Shown: piece by piece, positions 12,507 through 23,980 of the stretch
Layout of the letters: the number at the start of each line of letters is the position of its first letter
How positions within the stretch are numbered: the first letter of the stretch is position 1
Assembly (NCBI RefSeq): GCF_001194135.2
Contig: NC_068985.1
Span: 58,509,652-58,560,861, forward strand
Origin: Octopus bimaculoides
Taxonomy: Eukaryota
Length of the DNA stretch: 51,210 nt
Direction of reading: 5' to 3'
Notes under the pieces: model-generated
What the model saw: only the letters and a program-made list of their open reading frames with translations
Told to the model about the DNA's origin: nothing
The model's database searches: none
Program-made: the position numbers and the translations under genes

Positions 12507-12840
12507 CTGTGTGTGTGTTTGTCCCCCCACCATCACTTGACAACCGGTGTTGGAATGTTTACGTCCCCTTAACTTAGCGGTTCGGCAAAAAGAGACCGAT
12601 AGAATAAATACTAGGCTTACAAAGAATAAGTTCTGTGGTCGATTTTCTCGACTAAAGGTGGTGCTCCATCATGGCCGCTGTCAAATGACTGAAAGAAGTA
12701 CGAGAGTAAAAGAGTAAAGAGTAAATACAAATAACAGGACATAATAACAGGACATAATAAAAGGTGTCTTTCGAATAAGAACGAATTAGATTTAGCTGGC
12801 GTGTGTGGAAGTAAATCCTTACGGCAGGGATACAAGGTAT
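11950..12840. repeat. Inverted copy of the 3210-3559 repeat, split by a SINE
   Basis: ctggccagcccc...gaaaacaaggacg (before 12228) and aaatacaaataacaggacat...cggcagggata (after 12721) are contiguous in the 3210-3420 copy. Confidence 0.75.
12229..12724 (+). mobile_element. Full-length tRNA-derived SINE with internal (TA)/(TG) microsatellite
   Basis: Head GGCGCAGGAGTGGCTGTGTGGTAAG...GGGTTCAATCCC with A/B boxes; central microsatellite; tail gtcaaatgactgaaa...(agagtaa)n. Confidence 0.9.
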
Positions 12841-13446
12841 ATACATATATGCCCCTCTGTGTGCATGTGTGCTTGTGCGTGTGTTTATAACGTTAAAAGA
12901 GCCATTTATTAATGTGTTAATTCTTCACCAAGTAGATGACAATGATTTACAATGGCCGAGATCGGCAGGAATGATACAAAGTGGGGTAAGATGATAAATG
13001 CAATGAAATATATTGCTCATTCTTTAGAAAATCTGACAATAATTTTACATATTTCGATTTGTGTAGCAGATGGCATATGTTTATATATGCACAGCATTCT
13101 GCAAATATAGACTGATTGGATAACTTTTCTCAGAACTGATACTTCAAAAATCGCTAGATCTAAACCTATATCAATTTCACTTCTAAAATATGACATATCT
13201 AATCGAATGCTGATATCTGTATATCAATAGATATACAGATATAGATAAATACAGATGCCGATATGTATTTATGAGGTTAGGCTGAGAGGCTGGTAGGGTG
13301 GCTACGAAGGAGTGATGCAAGGGCTACGAAATTTTGCATACAAGAATTTCAAACCTTCTTATTAATAAATGCATAGATTTTTCCTAGGTAAACTAACATC
13401 TGACAGTTCAAAGAAAACTTCAAAAGTTACTAGTATCGACTTATCT

Positions 13447-13810
13447 TGAAAATTGATAAAAATTAGCATCGCGGCAACGACTTTCATTTTCACATGGTTG
13501 GTATATGGTTGGTACATATCAACAGTGCAAATGTGAACAGCTGAATTTAGGAGAGGAAAGGAAAGTATTGAAGCTGACCCAAAGCTTAGATGTCTTATAA
13601 CTGCCACCACCGAGGAAAACATTGATTATGTTCAACAGATGGTTATGGATGAGAAGCAGTTGACAGATAATCAAATAGCCAATGCTATTAGTATATGCCG
13701 TGAGATATTTGGGAATATTTTGCACAATGAAATTGCCAGGACCAAGATGGGAGCTCGGTGGGAGCCACGTCTTCTCACACCTGATCAAAATCACATCAGT
13801 ACACATATTT
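13447..13810 (+). mobile_element. Mariner transposase N-terminal (HTH) relic
   Basis: Translation AEFRRGKESIEADPK...ATTEENID...QIANAISI...NILHNE...ARWEPRLLTPDQ matches mariner EDDPRSGRP and ARWVPRLLT. Confidence 0.85.
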
Positions 13811-14348
13811 GAGTAGATATCAAGAACGAAGTAATACCACTCACAGTCATAGAATCCTAGCACTTAAAACATTCGTGTGGAAGACAGAGAAAAACACCCA
13901 AACTCAAGTTCTTGAGAGCAGAACTTTGTGATATTACATGATTAAAAGAATTCTGTCTAAGCGTTAAAAGATTTGGCTGTGGCTGTTCGAGTATCCAGCA
14001 CGTAAGTGACAATAGAATGCCACCCGTGCCACTCGTGCCATAGTTTCTGGCGCATGGAATGTGTCGCGTAAGAGATGTAGTCGTGATACAACTGTCCCAT
14101 AGATGCGTCCCTTAATTAAGTGCCAGGTAGTTGAATTCATTGTCTTTATGAACCATTAATGGGAGAATCTGTTAATTCCTCACTATTTTTCTTCATTTAA
14201 ATATTTATATATTTATTCATTATTTATATCTTATACCTGCTAGCTTATCATTGAATTTGATGGATGAACATTTATATACGATTGCGATTATGTCTGAGTG
14301 CTTGTGAGTTGGTATGTGTGTGCATAAGTGAGTATAAGAGTATGTGTG

Positions 14349-14643
14349 CCAACTTAACGTGACAGTCCCAATAAGGGAATATATTACTGCTATTTAGCCC
14401 TAGGAAGCTGGACCGCTTGCTGTCGGCCTTGACACATTTCCTGTGTCCTTATGTTTGCGAGGGGGAAAAACTCATCCACCCAGCCTAGTCAGCATTGAGG
14501 GACATGTTTCTGGGTCTTTGCTCATCATCAGCCTGAAGTAGCATGACCAGCTGGTTGAAGAAGTCCCGACATGAAGCGGTCCAGCTTCCTAGGGCTAAAT
14601 AGCAGTAGTATATTCCCTTATTGGGACTGTGACGTTAAGTTGG
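14349..14643. mobile_element. 295-bp foldback element with 70-bp near-perfect terminal inverted arms
   Basis: 14349-14418 is the reverse complement of 14574-14643 with 2 mismatches. No TSD seen. Confidence 0.85.
14495..14537 (-). ncRNA. Putative minimal type I hammerhead ribozyme inside the foldback element
   Basis: Minus strand reads TTCAGG CTGATGA TGAGCAAAGACCCA GAAAC AT GTC CCTCAA: intact core, palindromic ACATGT stem III, 5/6-bp stem I, weak stem II. Confidence 0.65.
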
Positions 14644-14715
14644 TAGTATACAACTACTTTATCGCATCTCTACTGCTTGAGTCTCTCTGAGAGATTTAGA
14701 AATGTATTATTTCTA

Positions 14716-14759
<44 letters not shown>

Positions 14760-15545
14760 NNNNNNNNNNNNNNNNNNNNNNNNNNNNNNNNNNNNNNNNN
14801 NNNNNNNNNNNNNNNNNNNNNNNNNNNNNNNNNNNNNNNNNNNNNNNNNNNNNNNNNNNNNNNNNNNNNNNNNNNNNNNNNNNNNNNNNNNNNNNNNNNN
14901 NNNNNNNNNNNNNNNNNNNNNNNNNNNNNNNNNNNNNNNNNNNNNNNNNNNNNNNNNNNNNNNNNNNNNNNNNNNNNNNNNNNNNNNNNNNNNNNNNNNN
15001 NNNNNNNNNNNNNNNNNNNNNNNNNNNNNNNNNNNNNNNNNNNNNNNNNNNNNNNNNNNNNNNNNNNNNNNNNNNNNNNNNNNNNNNNNNNNNNNNNNNN
15101 NNNNNNNNNNNNNNNNNNNNNNNNNNNNNNNNNNNNNNNNNNNNNNNNNNNNNNNNNNNNNNNNNNNNNNNNNNNNNNNNNNNNNNNNNNNNNNNNNNNN
15201 NNNNNNNNNNNNNNNNNNNNNNNNNNNNNNNNNNNNNNNNNNNNNNNNNNNNNNNNNNNNNNNNNNNNNNNNNNNNNNNNNNNNNNNNNNNNNNNNNNNN
15301 NNNNNNNNNNNNNNNNNNNNNNNNNNNNNNNNNNNNNNNNNNNNNNNNNNNNNNNNNNNNNNNNNNNNNNNNNNNNNNNNNNNNNNNNNNNNNNNNNNNN
15401 NNNNNNNNNNNNNNNNNNNNNNNNNNNNNNNNNNNNNNNNNNNNNNNNNNNNNNNNNNNNNNNNNNNNNNNNNNNNNNNNNNNNNNNNNNNNNNNNNNNN
15501 NNNNNNNNNNNNNNNNNNNNNNNNNNNNNNNNNNNNNNNNNNNNN

Positions 15546-15579
<34 letters not shown>

Positions 15580-15587
15580 CATGTATA

Positions 15588-16660
15588 CAGGGGTTGGACC
15601 AAATAATGGAAACATCTTAAGATGTCAAGCAAATTTATTTTAATATGTGGTAGGGCCACCTTTCCCAGAAATTACAGCTTGAATTCTATGAGGTATGGAC
15701 TCGTACAAAGTTTGAATTATTTCCCAAGGAATTTTTTCCATTCTTCAGCTAAAACAGTCACCAGTTCTTGTAGTGATGATGTTGGAGGATATCGACTCCT
15801 TACATGTTTTTATAAAATGCACCGTAAATGTTCAATAATATTGAGATCTGGGGACATTGGTGGCTAGATAAGATGTTCAACTTCACTATAATGTTCCTCG
15901 TGCCATTCATTAACACCTTTAGCTGTGTGAATTGGGGAATTATTATCCCCAATTGCGTTTCCTCCGGAAACAGTTCCGCAAACATAGGATGAATTTGATC
16001 AGATAAAATGCGTAAATGGTCTTGACTTTTAATTTTACCATTAAGGGAAAACATTGAGTCAAAGGATTTCCAAGATATAGCCCTCCGCATCATCACAGCT
16101 GCTCCTCTATGTTTAACAGTTGGAAGAAGGCAGTTTGGGTTAAATGCCTCTTTTGGTTGTCTCCACAGTTATACTCGGCCGGTTGTCGGAAATATGGTAA
16201 AGATGACTCGTCCGCGAAAATAACATCCCTCCACTGCTCTATGGAACAATTCTGTAGGTTTTACTTCACTCTAAACGCATTGCAACGTTTGTATTTGAAA
16301 GTAGTGGTTTTCAGATTGCAACCCTCTCGTGAAATCCGGCTCTGTGCTGCTCCTGGCGAACAGTTTTTGTGGAAACTGGTCATTAAGCTCTGTAGTAATT
16401 TTGGGAGCTGTACCTTTGTGATCCTTTCTAACAATTCGCGTTAGATTCCGACGATGCCTATCTGAAAGTTTTGGTTTCTTCCGGAGTTTTGTTTCGACGA
16501 GGAGGTTTTTCCCGTTTTCTGAAAGGCTGCCATTACTTTCGAAACAGTGCTTTGTGATATACTAAACATTTCGGCTGTTTTCGTTACGCTAGCGCCTGCC
16601 ACACGAGCACCAATAATTTGACCTCTTTGAAAGTCCAAGAGATCTGTCATTTAAGGATTT
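15588..16660 (-). mobile_element. Tc1-like (DD34E) transposon, near-complete but degenerate transposase, one TIR
   Basis: TA|CAGGGGTTGGACCAAATAATGGAAACA terminus at 15588. N-terminus MTDLLDFQRGQIIGARVAGASVTKTA...NSGR (ORF 16441-16650); VIFADESS near 16200; SPIHTA and SPDLNIIEH near 15830-15950. Confidence 0.9.
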
Positions 16661-16786
16661 ATAAATACCTTTTTCTAATGATATCTTAAAAGAAACACCA
16701 ATTTTAGAAAACCTTATTAAGCAACAGTAATAATAATTCAAAAAACATTAAAATATATATTTAAGTCGCACACTTAGAAGTGCAAC

Positions 16787-16963
16787 ATGCATGAATGTGT
16801 GGTTAAAAAGTTTGCTTTGCAATCACGGTTCAGTCCCACGCCATGGCATTTTAGTAAAATGACTTCTACTACAGCTATGGGGCAACGCTTTGTAAGTGAA
16901 CTTGATAGACAGAAATTCTTTGGACGCCTGCTGTTTGGTTTTTGTTTTTTGTTTGTATGCGCG

Positions 16964-17005
<42 letters not shown>

Positions 17006-17225
17006 TGTGTGTGTGCACGTGTGTGTGCGTGTGTGTTAATGTACTTTTACGCTCACTACACTTAGCCAAATGATGTAATTTTGTTTACGTCCTCGTAATC
17101 TCGTGCTTCGGCAAAAGTGACCAGTGCAATAAGTATTTAAATTTTTAAAAATAAAAGTATTGTTAGTGAGTTTTTCGACTAGCCTCTTTAAGGCTGCGTT
17201 GTATCTTGTACGGTCACAATCCAGT
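16787..17225 (+). mobile_element. Diverged tRNA-derived SINE (12229 family)
   Basis: tgtgtggttaaaaagtttgct...ggttcagtcccac head, (TG)n centre, gtttacgtcctcgtaa...ttcggcaaaag body. Confidence 0.7.
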
Positions 17226-19979
17226 TATAGAAATATGGGAAAAGACTATACAAGCAAATGAAAGCATTAAATCGTTGCAAAATTAAAACGTTCAAAAGAT
17301 ATTTTGAAATATTCTTTATCGTCTTGAAGCGGCCATAATTGAAATACGTTTCATTACGTCGCACAAGGAATCTTTTTCCCTCATTACGGCAGTTGGTCAA
17401 CATTTTCTTTCTGCTAAAATTGTGCTTCTCCTAAGAGTATAAATACAGCTAAGTGGTCCTGGTCTTTTATTTAGCTGTACAAGTCTTAATATTTAGCATC
17501 CAAAATAACCTGTTTCATCACAACATTGGATGACAAACCCAACTCGGAATTAATTAACAATAGACATGTGAAATATCTCCTTAAATGTCATCCTCATGCT
17601 TGTTACAAATTAGGAAAAAACAACTACCAATGAAATATTTCAATGTTAATAAGTCTCCCATTCTTCAGTTCATGTTAAGAGTGCATTATTTTCTGTAGAG
17701 ACAAATCCTGCACAATAAAAAGATTCTACAAGATCACCTTCATGCGTGGATTCAAAACTTCTCATATCCATATACACATCATATGATGTGATATTGAACT
17801 GAGAGAAATGCAAGCCTCTTCGCTGTCGCAATTACTGCTGAAAGAGTTTCAAGCAGCCTTATAGTATGTCTTCATTATCGTTGATTTGGAGTTCAGCATA
17901 TTGGCATTTACATTGACGAAGTAAAATTAAATGCAAGCGGTTGTGAATGTTTCAAATTAATACCACGTGACATACATTGAAACAAATATAATGGATGAGG
18001 AAAATATATTTCCCTTTTAACCATTTAATTGCATTTTTACGCGGTCAGTTCCTTTTGGATTATATTTTACCACACAATACTGTTAAATTATAGGCTCTAA
18101 TTAGCATATCACGTCTGCCTTTCGACTTCGTAAGCTGAATGAATGAGCAAATTGCACTTTTAACTCTTTTCTGATTTGAAAACAAAATACATGCAAATAA
18201 AAATACACTGCCGTTTTTAATTCTAGCCAATTGATTCTGAAGTAATCCTAATGAAAACTTAATTAATTCGAATTGAATTTCTCTATAAATGAGATTACCA
18301 TACCTTATAAATTATAAGATTTTTTAGTGCATTAAATCTCATATAGACATACACTCATACGTGCGTTCGAGGAGAAAATTAAAAGATTGTTTAGATGCAT
18401 AAAACTTTTGTTAAAGAGATTTCTAGCGAAGGATTTTAAGTTCATTCTCTCAATCGACAATTCTTGGCTGCTAATTCTGAAATATACGCTACGTTATAAA
18501 TTGGAATATTGCAGGCATTATCTTTTGTAATCTGGCTTGTGCGTTAAAAAAATTTGTTTCCTTGAATTTTCATAAGGAATCTCACTGGCACAAACATATG
18601 ACATTCTGAAAAACAAAATCATAACGAACAACAACGACAACATTGGCAGCAGCAAATTGCCGATTTAATTAAATGTAACCCGATAAAGTAAGGTTATGTT
18701 TCTTAATATCAATTATTTCAACTGAGAAGCTGAAAATAATAAAATACCACATCTATGAAAGAATATGGCCAACAGCAGAAATACAAGAAAGAAAATTTTA
18801 TATTTATGAGAATGGCTACGGAAATGGATTATTTAAGATGTTTAACGGGAATCTTAATCTGATGGCATCTCAACACACGGTTTTCTTCTGTAAAATCAAT
18901 TGTTGCCATAATTTCAGCTTTTCAAATATGGACTCAGACAATTTAAACATTGCTACGGCCATTTAAATTTTTCTAGGGATATTCATTTTCTCGCTGTTAT
19001 TTCCTCCCTAGCTATTAAAAGCATCTGTTTGTCATAAAATTAAAATACGACGCATTTATATCAAACCAGTTGTCAACCAGCACATTGTATATTCAATTAA
19101 ACCGGTTCAGAATCGACGTCGTATTCACTATATGATATTTCAATCGGTTTATTCATGGATTTAAATGTTTCCATCTCATTATATCTCAAATTTAAATAAT
19201 TTATTTTCGAAATGAATTTCAAATAAATTGCTATAGATTTTATACAACTCCGATCTTTACAAAATCAATAATTAAAATTAATCTAATTGCAATTAATTTC
19301 TTGACTTTGTTGTACGATGCTGGATGGAATACTTCAAATCATATTATAATTCCAAGAAAGAGTTTCAATATTTCACATTTCACATGGGTTTTGATTCGGT
19401 CTCAGTCAACGTTATTTCTAATCCTGCTGAGTTCGATATCAATTGGAATGAATATAACTAACCTCAATAACATTCTGCTTATACTAGAATTGACACTAGT
19501 TTAGAGTGGGTCCTTTGTTCATAATTCTCTTTTGGCAGATAATGAAAATGTAGCAGTAATGATCTGCAACAATATAACTGAACATTTCTACTCCTCTAAT
19601 TTAGTTCAGCTCCTATGCCTATATAAGAAATGTATACTATTGGCTTCACTGCTTAGCAGAAAACCTTGACCGAGATATTCAGTATATGAATCTTACCACA
19701 AGTAACAATAGACATGGATTGCTCTCAAGTGCATTGAACGTTTACATCCCCAGTGAGATTTTACCATGCATGAATATTCTCAAATTTAACATTTTTCTTA
19801 CAACTGACCTCTCTTGTATAAAACATTAACAGTTGTTCAAACGTTTGAAAAAATACCGTGTTCAAATTTCTGTTGTCCCAGCCGACAGAAAGGCATTTTT
19901 TGCATATAATTTTTTTTAAGGAACGAATGCAAAGGACTCAAATAAATTATGGGTGATACATGATAATATTGTTATTAAT

Positions 19980-20150
19980 GTGGAGACGCGTGGCTTAGTG
20001 GTTAGGGGTGATGCACTCATAGTCGTAAGATTGTCGTATTGAATCATGGAGTTGTCCACTCGTATTCTTTAGCAAAATTTTCAGTTCATCTTGCTCCAGT
20101 CCACTTTAATGGCAAACATGAGCGACGAGGTGCGTTCCCTCCAGGGGTCA
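19980..20150 (+). mobile_element. Degenerate tRNA-derived SINE head
   Basis: gtggagacgcgtggcttagtggttagg A-box head, similar to the 8939 family; B box decayed. Confidence 0.5.
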
Positions 20151-20626
20151 TGAAACCGGCCTTAAGTGTGTATGACTAGGGAAAATATTGTTCATATTGT
20201 TCATATTAAAATCTAAAAAGTGATATATACGGCATGACGTGTACACACACATGTGTGTATGTATGCGATATATATNNNNNNNNNNNNNNNNNNNNNNNNN
20301 NNNNNNNNNNNNNNNNNNNNNNNNNNNNNNNNNNNNNNNNNNNNNNNNNNNNNNNNNNNNNNNNNNNNNNNNNNNNNNNNNNNNNNNNNNNNNNNNNNNN
20401 NNNNNNNNNNNNNNNNNNNNNNNNNNNNNNNNNNNNNNNNNNNNNNNNNNNNNNNNNNNNNNNNNNNNNNNNNNNNNNNNNNNNNNNNNNNNNNNNNNNN
20501 NNNNNNNNNNNNNNNNNNNNNNNNNNNNNNNNNNNNNNNNNNNNNNNNNNNNNNNNNNNNNNNNNNNNNNNNNNNNNNNNNNNNNNNNGAAGTCTACAAA
20601 ATAGAAAGCAAGTCCTATCAGTGAAC

Positions 20627-21247
20627 TCAGGGGGACCAAAAAAGGAGCAAATATTTGGCCACATGTGGACATGATCCGAAACGTTCAGTCTTTGAATTTA
20701 GACATGTGGTGGGGTCTAAGCTGCCTTTCCAGATGTGCCATCTTTCCATATCACATAGCCCGCACCTTCCGCTGCCGCTGGTGTAAGGCATACACTTGGC
20801 TAAGATCTTCCAATGAATGTCGTAACTGACATCTTTATCTTTTAAAAACCATATATGACTGGATAATTTGGTCGTTTTTCTTTTGTCCCAGTGCCTGAAA
20901 CTCAAAGTGTGATTATTGAATCTGGCCTTGAAATTACCCTCCTTCAGGCCCACGTATTTCTTCGTGGAAACTGTGTCCATAGTGGATACAGAGTCCACGG
21001 AGGCCTCATAAATGATGGTTTCGGACATGCAAGCTCCATTTAGCGGGCACAAGTTTTTACCTCTGCATGAACAGCTGGCTTCATATTGTGGCTTTTGTGT
21101 GTTGTGTGCGATTATGTGCTTAAAATTAGCAGTTGAGCTGAAACTGATTTTTAAGTTATGTCTGTTGAAGATCTTTCTATAATTATGATTAACTGGAAAG
21201 TGTCTGTATATCAATGCCAAGAAATATCTGCCTATATTAAAGATCAC
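20627..21247 (-). CDS. PLE GIY-YIG endonuclease domain (open fragment)
   Basis: CSC..KNLCPLNGAC, IIY...YVG, FKARFNNH, T.LSSHIW.LK, W.IL, C.LC..E, LN, CPH. Confidence 0.85.
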   Translation of the reverse strand: MIFNIGRYFLALIYRHFPVNHNYRKIFNRHNLKISFSSTANFKHIIAHNTQKPQYEASCSCRGKNLCPLNGACMSETIIYEASVDSVSTMDTVSTKKYVGLKEGNFKARFNNHTLSFRHWDKRKTTKLSSHIWFLKDKDVSYDIHWKILAKCMPYTSGSGRCGLCDMERWHIWKGSLDPTTCLNSKTERFGSCPHVAKYLLLFWSP

Positions 21248-21370
21248 TTCGGGTGAGTAGGAAGGCGTGAACCAGATGGTTTTCCTATTCCTATGCTTTC
21301 TTCTCCTTGTTACTGGACTGGTGGCAGGTGTATAGGTTATTTCCTCGTTAAAACCACTATCTTATAGAGC

Positions 21371-21802
21371 CTAATTATATACTGGGGCAACGCTATTAAA
21401 AATGTCCCTATCAGAGGAGAGGCTAGAGATTCTTTTACTTATGTTTTTAACTAAGTATTTAAATACTATTGGGGGATGGCAGGAACCCACATTGATGTAA
21501 CTAAGTCTATCGTTGGGCTTCCTATAAGGTTTATAAATATTCTTATTTAGATCTCGGGACACATCTAGGTAGTTGACAACCGTCAGGTTGGTATCTGTAG
21601 TTATGCTAAGATCGAAGGTTTTCATCAAATGAATAATATCCTTCGTGAACCGATCCTGTGCTGGTCCATTGCTATTAGTGGTTAAAGCTAGGGCATCATC
21701 TTTGTAAATTGCGAAGTGTACGTCAGGAAAAGTCTTGCACAACGTATCTAGTAGGAATAATCCAATAAGATAGCATATGCCTGCTTCATCACGTGACCCC
21801 AT
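21371..21802 (-). CDS. PLE reverse transcriptase palm/thumb fragment
   Basis: ORF track MGSRDEAG...IYKDDALAL...NYLDVS...GSCHPP. Separated from the EN ORF by a stop or frameshift. Confidence 0.85.
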   Translation of the reverse strand: MGSRDEAGICYLIGLFLLDTLCKTFPDVHFAIYKDDALALTTNSNGPAQDRFTKDIIHLMKTFDLSITTDTNLTVVNYLDVSRDLNKNIYKPYRKPNDRLSYINVGSCHPPIVFKYLVKNISKRISSLSSDRDIFNSVAPVYN

Positions 21803-22409
21803 GCTTACATCGAAAGTACCCTCTGTATCGGTAGCCTTGACCCACTCTGCGTTCTCGTTGAAGAGTAAAGTCTTTCTAGCATGGACGATTATATCTTCAT
21901 CTTGTGTACTGATTTCTATAAATCCGCTTGGGAAAGTAAGGACTTTATGTAACAGTTCTTTGGAGATAGAAGCATAAAAATCGACAATATCGAACTGCGT
22001 GAATCTCGCATTTGTCTTATTCTTAATAGCTTTAAACCAGTCGACGACTTCTATACTATTAGACCATTGTACTAACCTAGTGACATTCCTGACTTTCGCA
22101 TTGATTTTCCCTAAAATTTCTTTACTAATAATGCCAAGTTCTGATTTAGCTGGGTTAATAAGACTACACTTATGATTAGATAGGAAGTTCCTTTCATGGT
22201 CTTTGATTGTTATAAAGGCATCTTTTGGGGGGAGGACCTCTATTTCTTTTTAAATCTAATTTGAGTCTGGCGGTGATATTGCAAACTTCTTTATTAATAT
22301 CGTTATATGTCTGTGGTCTAGCCTTGGTGTAATTGTTGATGATGCTGTTATGTAGGAGTCGTTATGTAGTGCTATCCTCTACTAAGTATAAGTTCTTCGT
22401 TTTATCGGA

Positions 22410-22428
22410 AATAATAATAATAATAATG

Positions 22429-22484
<56 letters not shown>
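22410..22484. repeat. (AAT)n microsatellite, left flank of the R4/Dong insertion
   Basis: Direct reading. Confidence 0.95.
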
Positions 22485-23094
22485 CAAAGATCAAAACCGC
22501 TGACAAATGGTATAAACACCATCCTGAAGCTGTGACTGAGGGAGAAAATGTGTCGATTCTCTGGGACTTCCCCGTACATACCGACAAAACTACAAAAGAT
22601 AATAAACCGGATATTATTATGCAAGATAAGACAAATAAGATGTGTTTTTAATTGACATGAGTATTCCTTGCGATCATAATATAGCGGCGAAAGAATTTGA
22701 CAAGATCAGTAAATATAAAAACTTGCTAATAGAAATTGAAAAATTGTGGCATCTCAAGGTGAATACCGTATCAGTGATTGTAGGATCTCTAGGAATGATA
22801 AAAAAAAAAGGTACTGAAACCTATTTGAAAATGATACCAGGCTTACCATCCCTACAGGAAGTGCAAAAAGTCGTGTTAATTGGAACGATTCATGTAATGA
22901 GAAGAGCATTATTGCTGTGAAAACAGCATCCATTCATGAATTTATTTATTTATTTATTTTTTTAATACATATTTTATCTGTGAATTTGTGTGTGTAAACT
23001 GGGAATGCATACAATGAGCTTCTCTGCCCTAGGTGTACGGAAAACACTCAGCTAGAAATTGGATAAAATTTGAAGAAAGAAGAAAAAAAACGAC
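22485..23094 (+). mobile_element. 5'-truncated R4/Dong-type non-LTR retrotransposon (RLE domain plus 3' UTR)
   Basis: KWYKHHPEAV.EGENVSILWDF.V.TD...NKPDII..DK...(frameshift ~22645)LIDMSIP.D.N...KE.DKI.KY..L..EI..LW...VIVGSLG...QK..LIGT, a PD-(D/E)xK restriction-like endonuclease. Flanked by (AAT)n on both sides. Confidence 0.85.

Positions 23095-23143
<49 letters not shown>
23095..23143. repeat. (AAT)n microsatellite, right flank of the R4/Dong insertion
   Basis: Direct reading. Confidence 0.95.
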
Positions 23144-23145
<2 letters not shown>

Positions 23146-23266
23146 TCGGAAAAATACCTTACGAATGAGAACACAGGTTCGAAATTCCCCTCAGACCCGA
23201 AACGTTGTGTTGCACCAAACAAGATGACAAATATCCGTGAAATGTAAATAATGTACATAATTCCTC
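23144..23266 (+). repeat. PLE pseudo-LTR-like repeat relic
   Basis: gaatgagaacacaggttcgaaattcccc...cgaaacgttgtgtt...cctcgtctctcaaatatagaactg resembles a recalled common octopus repeat. The CTGA-containing segment is absent. Confidence 0.4.
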
Positions 23267-23931
23267 GTCTCTCAAATATAGAACTGAACAATAAAATACA
23301 TTAAACGCTTTTAGGTGTCAACAAAAAATTCAGTGTTGACTATAACTGCTATAGAAAATCTATAGAAATGACCTTAACAAGCAATGTAATAGCACTGGTA
23401 ACACATTAGAACACGATATTGACTTATAAAAGCGTTTGATATATTTTGTAGCGTACTATAGTTGCATAACAACATACGGTGTCCCTACAGGTCATTAAAA
23501 TACACAGACACACACACACATATATATATATTGACAGTTTAGTAGTATTGTACTATATTAAGAATTAGATACGATAAGGTTTTTAAAAATATGTAAAATA
23601 AACTCGTATGGCTGTCATGAACTTCACCGAATATTTAAACTTGTATTACTGTCTATCTATATGAAACTCACTTCTATTTGTAAGAACAGTTGATAATTTA
23701 AGCATTTTTTTCTGAATTTTCCCTTGTAAATTTAACCTCTCCTAAACCCTATCCCTTATTTATTTTATTTATTATTTTACCATTCATAAACAAGAAATTC
23801 TCCAAGCCGCTTTGGTGTTTTGATAAATCTGATACAAAATTGAAAAACGTGTTGAGATTCAGATGCATCTTCAAACCCACAGACAGATTCACCAATATTA
23901 TTTTTAGCATGGAAATACTCTTGTTTACTTC

Positions 23932-23980
<49 letters not shown>

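Larger units (their letters stand above)
20627..22390 (-). mobile_element. Penelope-like retroelement (RT plus C-terminal GIY-YIG), probably Naiad-type
   Basis: RT motifs AFITIKDH, LINPAKSELGIISK, QFDIVDFYASIS, MGS.D.A.IC.LIGL, IYKDDAL, NYLDV, PYRKPN, SCHPP, followed by the endonuclease ORF. The clade is assigned from recalled motif patterns only. Confidence 0.9.
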
